A DNA stretch of 64,000 nucleotides from Paragordius varius. Lineage: Eukaryota > Animalia > Nematomorpha. The notes under the pieces are model-generated. The model ran no database searches. It saw nothing but the letters and a program-made list of their open reading frames with translations, and was not told the origin of the DNA. The stretch covers positions 2,108,001 to 2,172,000 of the forward strand of contig OZ176053.1 in the NCBI GenBank assembly GCA_964247055.1. The letters are read 5' to 3'. Every line of letters begins with the position of its first letter. The first letter of the stretch is position 1. Shown here piece after piece: positions 1-13,000 of the stretch. A program made the position numbers and the translations under genes.

Positions 1-2190
1 TAGTTAATGAACTACTTTTATTCTACAATTTTGAACCTAATATAGTAATACGAGGTTTATAGAAAACCGGTAAAAAATTATATATTATATTATGTTTGCA
101 AGATGGAACATATTCAGGCTATAAAAAAGACTTGGCCAAAAATGTATGTTACTGATGAGTAGGTAACACAAAAACTAGCATAAAATTTTTAGGTCGGCCC
201 GTTAACAAATCATGCCCCTATAAGTTTAACATAGCTTTAAGAATATTTGTTTGGATTTTAGTTTCGCAAGCAAATTTAAAGTTGTATTTATTAAAAAATG
301 TCCGGTCTATTTTTAAATATAATATTACCTAAAGGAAATCAGTCGCCCTTGACATATATATTTTGGACGATTTTATTTGGAATTTATATGGGGTGGCATT
401 GAAATATTGCTTTCACACCTAGTCACTTTTCCAACCGCTTCACATATTCGGGGTAAATTTATATCCAGCAATAAATTACAGTTTGAAAGTTATTGAGTTC
501 AAATTTAATTATCGAGCATTGTACCATGGATAGAAAATGCTTATATTTTTAGCAGTTGGTAACTTCTATCTCTTTTCATTCATCCTCAACTTTATCTTTA
601 GAAGTCATTTTTTGGGATGCTACAGCATACAATTTATTCAAAAAAAAACCTATTAACACTTATCACAAAAATTACAGATATTAAAAAATACGTTGGAATA
701 ATATTGTTTTATGAATTTTACGTTTGATCATCTCAAGAGTTTCAGTTTTTCCGTGGATCAAAGTGTTTCAATTTTATATATTTGTCTTTAGTTAGATTTT
801 GGGCGTGCATTACTTAGGAATTTATCAATCGATAAAGCATCTTTAAAAGTAATACTTGATCATTACACTAGACAGCATTTCCTGCCACTAAGTTTTTTTG
901 CATTTTTTAATATTTACCATCATTTTAACAGTGCTGAAATAAAAATTATATTTTCACCTAAGAATTTTCGATAATTTGATTTTTATGATTATGCCCCCTA
1001 TTTATCATTTTTTTAAAAAAAAGTTTTATTCAATAATATACAACAAATTCGTTGTAAAATATCATTCTAAAGAGTAAAAACTCTATAAAATGCATACAAA
1101 TATGTTTTACATCGATTGTTAATATATATTGGTCACAGGAAGCAACAAACGCGCGAAACTAGAGAGCTTTTCTTAACATACTTTTAAAACTAATGGATGA
1201 AAATAACTCAAACTTTGTGAGATGGCAATGAACGTCTAACACAAGAAAGTTTTTTTGATTTAAACACTTAATTATGGCTATGTCATTTAAAAGAGCCATT
1301 TTTAGTTTTAAAATATTAACATCATATCATTATTTATTATTTCTTTAAAAGGCTTATAATTTCAAACATTAAAAATATAGTTTGAGGTATATTTATTATT
1401 TTATAGCCATTATGTGATAAATTTATAGTTATAACTATGCATTTTAGTGTCAACTAGGTAAAATAATTATGATAATAATAATTTTTATTTATAAAAAAAC
1501 CAAAAGCTTATTCAAGGTTTTTTTAAAATTTTATACTAATGTAACCCTAACAATTGCAATAAAATAATTTATATGATTTTTAAATTAATTTGTCTGTGAA
1601 AATTTTTAATTAATTCAAGGGTCGAAAATTTTGACCATATAAAGCAAAATAACATTTACATCAGATTGAATTAAATGACTAACTACCATGCGAAAGATTC
1701 AGTCTTTCGCGCTCTATAAAAAATATATGGCACTATATCTAAACTTTTAATTATAAAAGTTTCGAGTTTAATGTCAAATCGGGGCCATAAATTTTCGATA
1801 AACCATAATAAACAACTTGAGTGTTTGACCATTTTTTTAGATATATAATGAAATAAGATTTAAATTTACAAGAATGACACTTAAATAATGAAATATTTGT
1901 TGTCTAGTGTTATCATACGTTTTAAATATTGTATTGTAAATAATCCACATTTTTTAGGTTTACTTTTGTGGTATTTATTTATGGGGAAATTAATTTAATA
2001 TCAATCAATATAAAACATTTTAATTTATATTAATCACAAGAAGAATATCCAGGTAGGTAATCTTAGTTTTTCTTTAGATTTGTGCAGCTTGATAGGGAGA
2101 TCTTTTCTTAAAAATTTACCGTATCAATGATTATTTAAATTATGATATGCTGAATAAATATAAATATGAGGAAAATTGCAAAAAAAAATA

Positions 2191-2293
2191 GGATTCCCAG
2201 GCGGTCACCCATCCAAGTACTAACCGGGCTCAACGTTGCTTAACTTCGGTGTTCGGAAGGGAACCGGTGCTTTCAACGTGATATGGTCGTAAC
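2191..2293 (-). rRNA. 5S rRNA gene copy, 3'-truncated (probable pseudogene)
   Basis: Minus strand reads GTTACGACCATATCACGTTGAAAGCACCGGTTCCCTTCCGAACACCGAAGTTAAGCAACGTTGAGCCCGGTTAGTACTTGGATGGGTGACCGCCTGGGAATCC, with recognisable eukaryotic 5S box A/box C segments. It stops about 16 nt short of the normal 3' end and runs into a T-tract. Confidence 0.9.
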
Positions 2294-2394
2294 ATATTAT
2301 GACTGCATCATTAAACTTATTATAAATTTGTTTTTAAAGTATAGTGACAGGCACTGCTTTTGAAGATATTTTAATCATCAAAAGAATATAAATT

Positions 2395-2950
2395 CAAGAA
2401 AGGAAAAAGTGTAGCTGACCGACATCGCTATTCTCCACAGAAGGTGCTGCCCTTATAACATTAGTATCAAGAAAAGGGTGTAGCAATAATGTGTCAGTGA
2501 CAGCCGCTTAGTTTAGGGGTAGGGAATTCTAGGCATCATATACAACTAGTGTTGTGCCCATTATTTAAGGACCTAGGGTCGTGACCTAGGTCAAAGGGGC
2601 TCAAAATCACAACCTATATTCAACACACAATATATATAGTCATATTTAATCAATTTTATTTGCTATAAATTAAATATTTTGATATAAAAATTATTCGCCC
2701 ATCCTAGGTAAGTGATATATTAGCCCAACGGGCGAGATAAGTTGGAAGATTAACCCTATATAAGTATATAACACTCGTACTCACCAAATTTTTTTGAAAG
2801 GGCCAAAAAAATGTTTCTTGTGTCAAGAAAAGTGTGTAGCAGACCCACGTCGCCGGCCACAAAAGACCTCCCTTACTGCCCTTCCATAGACCAGTCAATG
2901 GTGATTCAGTGACAGCCGCCTAGTTGCGTTGGAGGTCGGGTTGACTTCTA
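2395..2950. repeat. Local cluster of related GC-richer blocks of unknown class beside the 5S copy
   Basis: Motif CAAGAAA..GTGTAGC occurs at about 2395, 2468 and 2824. Motif CAGTGACAGCCGC(C/T)TAGTT occurs at about 2495 and 2907, and a partial AGTGACAG at about 2343. Confidence 0.6.
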
Positions 2951-4683
2951 GGGATATAAGGATAAGTTTTATATATCGGACATTTATAAAATAAAATGAA
3001 GAAATATTTGGTATAGAGACTGGTAAAACAAAATTTTATCGGCTCTAATCTATATATATATATAATATGTTATAATTTTATAGTATCTAATAACATTCTT
3101 TAAAATATTACGTATTAATTCAGCCGGATGCATATTTATCAGCCTGTTACAATATTTATTTTGTTTAATACCATTTTGTCAACTTAAGGGCCGTAAACCA
3201 CATAACCGATAAAAATATATAGCTGTTTGACACATAAGACCATGGGTTCTATGGCGAAAAAGTTTACGGATATGACCGCTCGAAAGAGTGATATTATAAA
3301 TCTAATTATTATTAATCCGTCTAGGCTCTTTTTTTAATAAACTTGTGTAACTTTTTGGTATATTTGTGCGTATTGCACTACACCGAGATCCATATGTTAT
3401 GGGGCAAATAATCAAACGTTTGAAAATTTTTAGGTTCAATAGCCCAACTCTTTCTAGGATTGCCATAGGCCTCCTAACCGTTAAAGATTAGCAGGATCAT
3501 TTTCAACCTTAGCATTCTGCGACGCAATCATAAATTTATACTTTTAAGATAGTTTTCCTGAGCAATTTAATATCGAAGATATCTTAAATGTTATTTAAGG
3601 GTCTAATCTAATATACAATACACATGTATTAATTATTATAATTCGGTTTAGTGAGACCTTCTGTCAATAAATTTTATTAACTACGTTTGATAAAATAAAT
3701 TAACCATTACATACATCCTTTAAGGTTTAAATAAAAATTATGTTTCCACTTAATTTGATATTAAGGAGTTAGCATACCCAGACCTGTTGAAATCAATATG
3801 AACTATTTCTAAAATCCTACCCCTATAACTACAAAATACCTAACTAAAAATTCCCAAAACGACATGTTACACTTTATATAACATAAAAGAAAGACAAAAA
3901 TTTAATCTAAAAGAAAAAATATTGTCAATTTACCCTTAGCTGTCTATTTTTTATATTAACTATTGATATATTAAAAATCAAAAATTTGCACAATGAAATC
4001 TTAAACAAAATAATCTATAAATTTATAAATTTAAAATAATCTCCTTAAGGTTAAATAAAGAATTTTTACTTAAACCTAAAATTATGTTGAATATTTTGCC
4101 TATTTAGAAACTTATTTCAATTTAAATAGAAGCATGAATAATTTAAAAAAATTGTAGTTTCGTTCCTTATAAATGTATAAAAGAAAGTGTTGGTCCGTTA
4201 ATAGATTTGAGTCTTTAAAACAAATTCATATGACATTTGAAATACAAATTTTTTAGATTCATCATCGCTATGTATAACTTAAAGTTTTAATGATCAAAAA
4301 AGTTGCTAAATTAAAACATTGCTATTATTTAAGCAAATAATTTTTTAAAAAATACTTTAAGTAAATAATTTTTAAATGGTTTAAGTAAAAACTCTTTTAA
4401 GCAGGAATTTCCAACACAAATGGCTTTGATAGCCGCATTTTCGACTTAAAAAATATAGTGGAACATATCAAAAAAGTATATGGTTACTAATATATTTGAA
4501 ATTATAAAATTGTAAAAATATGAACACAATATTAAAACTCATTTGTTTGACCGATGTTTGTTAGTTCATTGTGTCGAAATTCATAAAAACTTGTTCAAAA
4601 ATTGGCTAAAAACATTACTTTTTTATATTGATATTTTATCACGTAAATAACGATTATGCGAATTTTGGAATTTCCTATTGATT

Positions 4684-4952
4684 TAGTAAAAATTGAAAAT
4701 ATACGGACAAAACGTAAAAATATAAAGATAATTCTTTTAAAAGACAACCATACTTAAATCTTGATTAATTTAAATTCTCATTTTTTATTTCCAAAGTATA
4801 AAATTGAGATGTTTATTGATAACATAATCAATTATATATTTTAGGCTTGTTTAATGGTTTTACTAGGATGAAATTAAGTTTGAAAAAATATGGTTGTCTT
4901 TTAGAAATTTGTCTTTATATTTTTACGTTTTGACCGCATCTAATTTTTACTG
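4684..4952. mobile_element. MITE family A (CAGTA...TACTG termini, Tc1/mariner-like, TA target)
   Basis: About 80-bp imperfect TIRs (AGTAAAAATTGAAAATATACGGACAAAACGTAAAAA / TTTTTACGTTTTGACCG...TTTTTACTG); many copies in the window. Confidence 0.75.
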
Positions 4953-5697
4953 TAATTTTACAATTTTTCTCTACACAAAATATCTCGCAGAACCAGCTTG
5001 TTACAAGCCATCAATTAACATAATTCTTTATGTTTAGACCAAAACATAAGTAATTTATAAAAAATTAGAGTTTGATAATTATGGTTGCCTCTTTAAAAAA
5101 GATATGTGGTAACGTATTGTCAGGTTATTATTTTTACTGTATATTTGCGTAATTTTAAGATTTTACTTTATAAATCACTTTCTAAAATGGCAGGATCTTT
5201 TATCGAATCAAAAAATGATTGAAATGCTTTAGGAGGAATTTACAAGAAGTTTTTTATATAAAAACAAATTTAAAAGTTTCAGAAAAATGAATATCTAAAA
5301 AAACCACAAATATGTATATTCTCAATTTCGGTCTGTTACGAAATTTAATTTTGTATATATGTATATTGCGGTTTATTTAGTTTAATCCCTGGTTTAGTCT
5401 TGAAGCGGGTTTATGGGTATATTGCGATTCGGCCACTCCCGATAAATAGATATTAACACAAGGTCAAGTTTACTACTGGAGTTTAAGGTAATATTTTGCA
5501 ATGATTTTCAACTAGCCACCTTATTCGCTATTTTCTTGGCATTTCTTTATCATAAGGTTTATTGTATCATCAGAAAAACCTATATCTATTACAAAATTGA
5601 TAAAAAATTCATTATACTATTTTATAATTAAATTATGATAAGAAATTAATTAATTTTCATTTATAATTTGTTAATCAATTTTCATATAAATGCTTTA

Positions 5698-6846
5698 CAG
5701 TAAATGTTAATTTTTAATATCATGAATTTTTTTTTTAATCCATGTGGCATTTTTTTTATCCTTTTAAAAGTTGTTTTACAAGCATATAAAAAATAACACT
5801 TACATATATATTTAAATGTACTTACATGTCCCTTTTCGGTACACATATATGAGAGATATATTAACATTGCAATATGTTCCCTTTTTCGCTACATATCTCA
5901 TTATAGAAATGGTAACATTGCATATGTGTTGTGCCTACTTCATTAAATAATTTTTTAGGTTTTATATATAATTTTTTTTATAAAAAATTAAGTTTTTAAT
6001 AATTAATTAAAAAATATTTCAGAAAATAAAAAAATATATTTGAAATTAACATATAAATCGCTTATGTGCGTAATAAAACTTGTATTCAAATTTAAATATT
6101 AATTTGATTTTGCTGACTTTTTTTGAAAACACTACTAAGAAATGTCACGAAAAATGGTAAAATAATACCATTTATAATTAATTATTTTACAAGTGGTAAT
6201 TTATTGAATCAAATATTTTTGACTTTTTTTTGGTGTGCTCATAATACTTAAGAAAATGAATGAGCTGAATATTTTCAATTTGAGTTAAGTTTTCAATCAA
6301 TTCTTCCACGTTGAAATGGCATTTTTCCTGACTTTTTTTGATCTCTGGAGTCTGGGTTATTAATGTGCCATAGTTTGAATCTGTTGATGGCAAACTTTCA
6401 TCTATACTATCTTCTTCACAAAAACTATTTAATTCTAAATTTCTTTTTAAAAATAATAAAAACTTAATATTTTTTATAAAAAAAATTTATAAACTTATAA
6501 TTTAAAAATCAAAGTATGCACAACACATAACATACTGATTAATACCTAATTTTATAAAAAATGTTATATCAAACCTAAATGTTTATCAAAAATGTTATAT
6601 CAAACCTAAATATTTATCAAAGTAGGCAAAACACATATGCGATGTTACCATTTCTCAAATAAGAAATGTAGCGAGAAGAGGAACATATTGCAATGTTATA
6701 TGTGTACCGAAAAGGGACATGCAAGTACATTTTAATATATATGTAAGTGTTATTTTTTATATGCTTGTAAAACAACTTTTAAAAGGATAAAAAAATGCCA
6801 CATGGATTAAAAAAAAATTCATGATATTAATAATTAACATTTACTG
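5698..6846. mobile_element. 1.15-kb non-autonomous TIR element with about 270-bp inverted repeats
   Basis: 5698-~5965 is the near-perfect reverse complement of ~6610-6846. Termini are CAGTAAA/TTTACTG, flanked by TA on both sides. Confidence 0.8.
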
Positions 6847-7619
6847 TAATTTTCTCCACCAGAAATGTTAACATATATGCTGTCAATCATTTTTGTGGTT
6901 TTTTTTCAAATCCGATTTATAGAGTTAAAAAAGATATTTTTGTACAATACAGGAAACCACAATATATATATTTATATAATTTATTAAAATGTTGCAAAAT
7001 AACCTTTATATTTGCAATAATTATTTTGTTTTTTTGTAATTTGATTAATGTATAGATTTTCGCACACCCTTATATATTAAAAAATAAATAACCACTTGAA
7101 AATTATGTAAGGTTCCGTTGCCGCAATTAAAATTATTATACTTAGGGAAAAAAAATAATTAATTGAAACAAAAATATGTATTTGCAACAAAATATTACAA
7201 TGTTAAATGATATGTATGGGTAATATAGATATATATAATTACATAAAAGTTATTTCCGTTTATTTTCACCAATAAATATATTCTTAATAATATTTATATC
7301 AAAATAGTAAAAAATAAATAAAAAAATGATAAAATAATGAAATTTTTTTTATAATATAACAAACATTTATGGGATAATGACACGTTTCTACGAAATTTAG
7401 CACTAAGTTGGCAGGGAAAGAAATACTTTTTTCTCTGATCATAAAATTATTCCCAAAAAAAAATTTTTTTATTAAATATTAAAAGATGAATATATATATA
7501 TATATATTAATCTTATAAATTACCTTTTTAAATAAAAATATACCTATAATATTTTAGCCATAAAATAAATTTAATGTGGGAATATATATTTCAATTTTAC
7601 ATATGTAATGAAATAATTG

Positions 7620-7620
<1 letters not shown>

Positions 7621-7647
<27 letters not shown>
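7621..7647. repeat. (TA)n microsatellite
   Basis: Pure TA run seen directly. Confidence 0.9.
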
Positions 7648-7650
<3 letters not shown>

Positions 7651-8394
7651 CTTAAAAGTATAAAAGCTAAGCTAAAATCTCAATTTAGCCCAAACTTAAT
7701 TTTTTTTTGATATTTTCGATCACAAATAACTTTTGTTAATATACCTATCGGAAATAAAGATATACTTACTTCTCTTATGTAATTAAAGTTCCTTTTTCCA
7801 TAAAAACAAAATATCATTTTAATTGTTATATACCCCCCTAATATTTATTATAAAACAGATATTTATACAACAATATATAATATATATGATTCATGTTTTT
7901 TTATCATATATTCAAACGAAAAAATATACCGATTATTTCCTGCAATTACAAATACTAATATAATTTCAACAATAACAACATTATAGATATATATAAATAT
8001 CACACACTTGTTAATCTTTTGATTTTTCTATGATTTCTTCCAGATAACTTTTTTTCGCAACTTAATTAATTATCCGATCGACAGAAATAATTTGACTTTT
8101 TGATTTATATTTAATTCGATAAAAAAACTTTATTTAAATAATTTAACGAAAAATTCGATATTTACCATTCGTTTTTGAAAAATATTATTGAAAAAATTAT
8201 AGCATAAAAAGATTTTTTAATGAAACACACGGTTCCATATATGATATTCAAAGAAATTTATTATTACTTTTATTATATTTTACTAACCTATTCTTCGCCC
8301 AAAACAATCAAATCATTGTAATCGATACATATCTGTTTCAAAACATATTTTTCTTAGAAATTTTTCTTTATAAAAGTTTTTTTTGAAGGTTAAC

Positions 8395-9968
8395 ATGATT
8401 AAAAATTCGTTTAATTATAAGATAAATTTTTTCAAACAATTAACTAGAAATATCCTATTCCTGTATTTGTTCCACATCTCAAATTCCGGCATCTATTCGT
8501 ATTGGTGGTATACATATATTTTTTTATATTTTGGAAATTTATTTAAATTTTCAAGTTTTTTTTCATGTATAAATAATAAAATTTGACTTTTTACCTATAA
8601 TTTTTTGGAATACATAAAACTTTTAAAATAATTTTTTCATATCATTAACAGTCTCTAAAAAGTTTAAGGCATAGCAATATTAAAAGGCCAAGATTTTATT
8701 TAGAATGTTAACCATATTTCCTACACCTTGATTTATTATATAACCCATTGATTGTATTTTAAGGCGCGAAATCGGAAATAGACATATGAAATTGTCAACC
8801 CAAAAAAACAAGAATCAAAAAATATTGATACCAAAAAAATACATTAATTTTGTTTTAGTTGTTACTGTTGGCTTTATAATTTCAATTTTTATAATTCAAG
8901 GGTGTGTCCAACACAAATGCCTTTGCGGGTCGCATTTTAACTCCAAAAAGCCGACGGGCCCCATTTGAAATACCGGGCATAAATAGAGATATTTCATTTA
9001 ATTTCAAACATAAGAGACTGTATAGAATTAAAACATAATGTGACATTTTTTTTCTTTTTCGCTGCCAATTGGATAGATTTGATTTAATTGAGTGGGTAAC
9101 GACCAGGATTTGTAATGCAAAGGATGTGGAAATCATCGTAAAATAACGTGAAAATAAAATATAATTTATTGATACTCAAATTTTCGCCATAGGCATCATC
9201 AGGAGATTAGTTGTCCATTAACGGTTCTTTTGTGATTTTTTCCCATATAAGTAGTATCAATCATGATTTTTTTCTTTTTTTTAGCATTTAATTTTTAGTC
9301 TTATACTAGTGTAAATCTCGTGCTGCTACGCAGCCCGAAGAAGTCCTTCGGACTTCTAGGGGGGGGAAGGGGTTCGAAGTTTGAATTTGATTGGGTTCAC
9401 CGGTTTTCCGGAAACAGATCACAAAGTTAATGAAAAATCAGTTTTGCGGGTAGCTCCTTACCCAGCAGCTATCATCAAATAAACGGTAGACTAAATTTTT
9501 TGCCTTTTAACAGGGAATACGTGGAATCTTTATTGAATTTTTACGGTCTCATACCTAGGGCGAAAAATCGATGTAAAAAATTATTTTTGTGGACTTTGTT
9601 TTTTGAAAAAGGTGGCATTTCACGGGGGGAGCGGGTAAAAAGAGGGCCTAAATCAAAAAAGTAGCTCGGCTATGTTCAGCGCAATCGAAAATAAGTAAAC
9701 AAAAATCATATTTGAAATTGAATGGTCCAACACGTTCTCCGGAAAATTGTCTCAAAGATACGATTTTTGTGGACTTCTGTTTTCAAAAAAAACCCGTTTT
9801 TCATACGGGGTGGGCCCGAACTGGGGGCCTATTTCAAAAAAAGGGCGAAGCTATTGTCGGGACATTTATTAATGATTATATTTTTTCGATATTTGGATTT
9901 GATTGGGTCTACCGGTTTTCCTGTACCAGATCACAAAGCCAGCATTCTCCATTTTTATAAATATATAG

Positions 9969-10003
<35 letters not shown>

Positions 10004-13000
10004 TTACATAATCTTCTAATGATGCCTATGGTAAAAATTTAAGAATGGATAGACTTTTGTTAAGGAATAATATCAATTTTATACTGAGATTTTGTAAGCT
10101 TATATTTTTGAGAATTCTGGATTTTCAAATTTTTCACGGGGAACGTGTTGAACACCCTGTTATAAATATTCAACCATTTCACAATATTTTTTAACTCCAA
10201 AATATAGGAATATGGTTGACACCGATCTACCCCTAATCTCCTCCAATAATAATCACATTATAGTTAATACGAATGATAAGAATAATAATAATAATATCTT
10301 ACCATCTTCAAATATACCATTAAAACAAAATAATGAAATACAAGATGATAGAAACGTTTTACCCTCAACATATTATTTGGATCTTTTCATGCAACCGCTA
10401 ACAATGCGACAAAGACGTCTCGTAACTCAAAATGACGGAACACTCGATAGTATTGTAAGGGGTCTCAAAACCGCAGTAAGCGAATGCAAATTCCAATTCC
10501 GTCACGAGAAATGGAATTGCCCTACGTTTGATGCTAGGCATGGGAAACCACTGTTTGGCAAAATACTTAAGAAAGGTAATACAGATAAAACTATACGGAC
10601 CAAACGTTAAAATATAAGAACAAATATTGTTTTCTAAAAGACAACTATAATATTTAACACTTGCTTTTTATTTTTTAAATATAACTTAGTTTTAAAGTGC
10701 AAAGTATGGAAATGATATTTATAAATAGGTAACACACTCAATCATATTTTTACTTAATTAAATAATGAGAGTTGAAAGTATGATCTTTTAAACAAAATAT
10801 TGTTTTATATTTTTATTTTTTATCAGTATAGTTTCAATTTTTAGTATAAATATTTTACATATATTTAAACACTTTTAGGGAATAAATATATAGTATTCTG
10901 TGGGATATATATTGATAAAAAAAGTCAATAAAAAATTTATTTACATAAACGATAATTATGGTTTATATGTCTGTATTAGTGGTATAAAATTTTTAAAATA
11001 TCCTATCTGTCAATCATTTTTATAAAAATAGGCTAAAATTGTTCACAGTACGAAAATTATGTACTTAAAACAGGCTGGTATATATAAATAAATAAATATA
11101 TACATAATTTGTTAATACATTATTATACATAGGTACAGTATATAATGTATCAAATAATTTTAAAATATAACAACTTATTGCCATGATATTATTAAAGCAA
11201 ATTTATAATACAAAAATGTCATCTGAATTTATTTTAATTTACTTGATAATAAATAAGTTTTTTATATCTATCAAAGAAAATTATAACCAAAAATATTATT
11301 AGAAATAAAGAACATCCTTTATATTTGAAATTAGCTTGTAAAGAGACAGCCTTTATCTATGCTATAACCAGTGCTGGGGTCGCTCATGAAATCTCCCGCG
11401 CTTGCAGTAAAGGAACCATTTCAACTTGTGGATGTGATGCCCGATATCCTAATTATCAACAATCTCTAAAACAGGAACAAACCAATTCTCAAACCCAAAT
11501 TCATTCGAATGCCAATGCCTTAAATGATCACCACAATACAAATGATGGTAAGGAAGATAAATTATATAATCTGCATAACCGCTATTTATTTTATAAAATA
11601 TACCCCTTTTCCTGGTATAAATTGGTTTAAAATCAAAATATATATAATTTTATATTACGAATAAATTTTCTCTAATAAGGATAACATTGAAATTTTTGCC
11701 TCTTAGTTAATATAAATTTTTTGTTTTTGCAAAATCATTTTTCACCATTACACTTCACATTAAACTTTAAGGGCCGCCTATCATCATTTTCATACATGTT
11801 ATTTAGTTTCAAAAAAATGTGTTTATAACATAGAAATTATGCAAAAAAGTAATTCAATTGATCCCAACCTTTCGACTGGCACCTCATCAACAAATCCACA
11901 AAAACTGCCCTTGCTATCACCCGCTCTTTATTCGGCACAATATGGTTTAGTGTTTCGAAATGATATTGGATTAGGGAACCCTGAGAATTGGAAATGGGGC
12001 GGCTGTTCTGATAACGTGAGATTTGGGCGAAGATTTGCTAGAAAATTCATTGAAGCCGCAGAGAAAGGACATGATTTGAGATATTTGGTCAATTCACATA
12101 ATAACGCAGCTGGGAGATCGGTAAATTAGCAAATATAGCGAAATTTTCTTTAAAACCCTTTGTAGTCTTAGAACAGCATGCCCATATCCGTTTTTAAACA
12201 CTTTTTCTGATTCTTATGATTGATTTGGAATTTTGTTTTTTTTCAATAGTTGTATATATTCATATATTATTTGCCTCTAAATTTATTATCATTTCAATGT
12301 AATGATTTTATTTCTTCTTAATAATTACACAACCATAGATTGTAACAAAATCCATGACAAAGTTTTGCAAATGTCAAGGTTTGAGTGGGAGTTGTAACCT
12401 TAAAACATGTTGGATGCGTGTTACACCGTTTCGAAGTGTAGGAACGCAACTGCACAAAAAGTATGATAAAGCCGCAAAAGTTGTTTCCAATAACATTCCA
12501 ACAATCGATACTACTATGTTGGAACGTGAGGAAAAAATGCCATCTTTTTCAGGAGAGAAATCTAATCACCGTCATGAATTATATAGGGGGGAAAATGTTG
12601 AGAATTCTATCCTCCCTATGAATCATAATTTAGATAATAATGGTTTGGCTTTGGGTCGAGATAATCGTGAACTTTTATTGTTACACGGGAGTGATAGTAA
12701 CAGTCAACAAAATTACAATTATATCATACAACGCATAACGGGAAAGCGGTTTGATACCTCGTCAGTTTCCCACTACGGACCAAAAAATCAATATCAAAAC
12801 GTACGCCATAATACTGGTAATAATGAATATTATACCTTTGATACGAACACAATGTATGATGGTTCAGGCCGAAAGTCGTCAAAGCAAAAGAAGAAAAAAA
12901 TGTTAATTGAACGAGATGCAGCCTCGGGTATAGAGATGATGTTCAATAGTCTTCCGGCGGCATCTTACCCCACACTATATTCATCGGGACAACCGTTCAA

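Noticed and set aside
2690-2715. U1 snRNA 5' end on the minus strand (CACTTACCTAGG)
   Set aside because: Similarity lasts only about 20 nt and then becomes AT-rich sequence; it is equally explained as a plus-strand CTAG|GTAAGT donor-like motif.
2294-2960. Spliced-leader RNA gene linked to 5S
   Set aside because: No nematode SL1/SL2-like leader or clear leader-GT-Sm site arrangement was found; kept only as an unknown repeat.
540-5500. Scattered micro-exon-like AG-(3n)-GT patterns (e.g. 553-558, 2041-2052, 3018-3023)
   Set aside because: They are isolated, do not chain into a protein-like frame and lack shared lengths; treated as the chance background.
9712-10042. ORFs 9712-9960 and 9722-10042 as wnt1 exon 1
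   Set aside because: They lie in the Helitron-like element and TA microsatellite. The exon at 8395-8507 gives the signal peptide and WW motif in the right phase.
12360-12395. [10 protein letters not shown] instead of the usual CKCHGxSGSC as a sign of a dead Wnt
   Set aside because: The acylated Ser and all Cys are retained and the frame is intact; noted only as a minor substitution.
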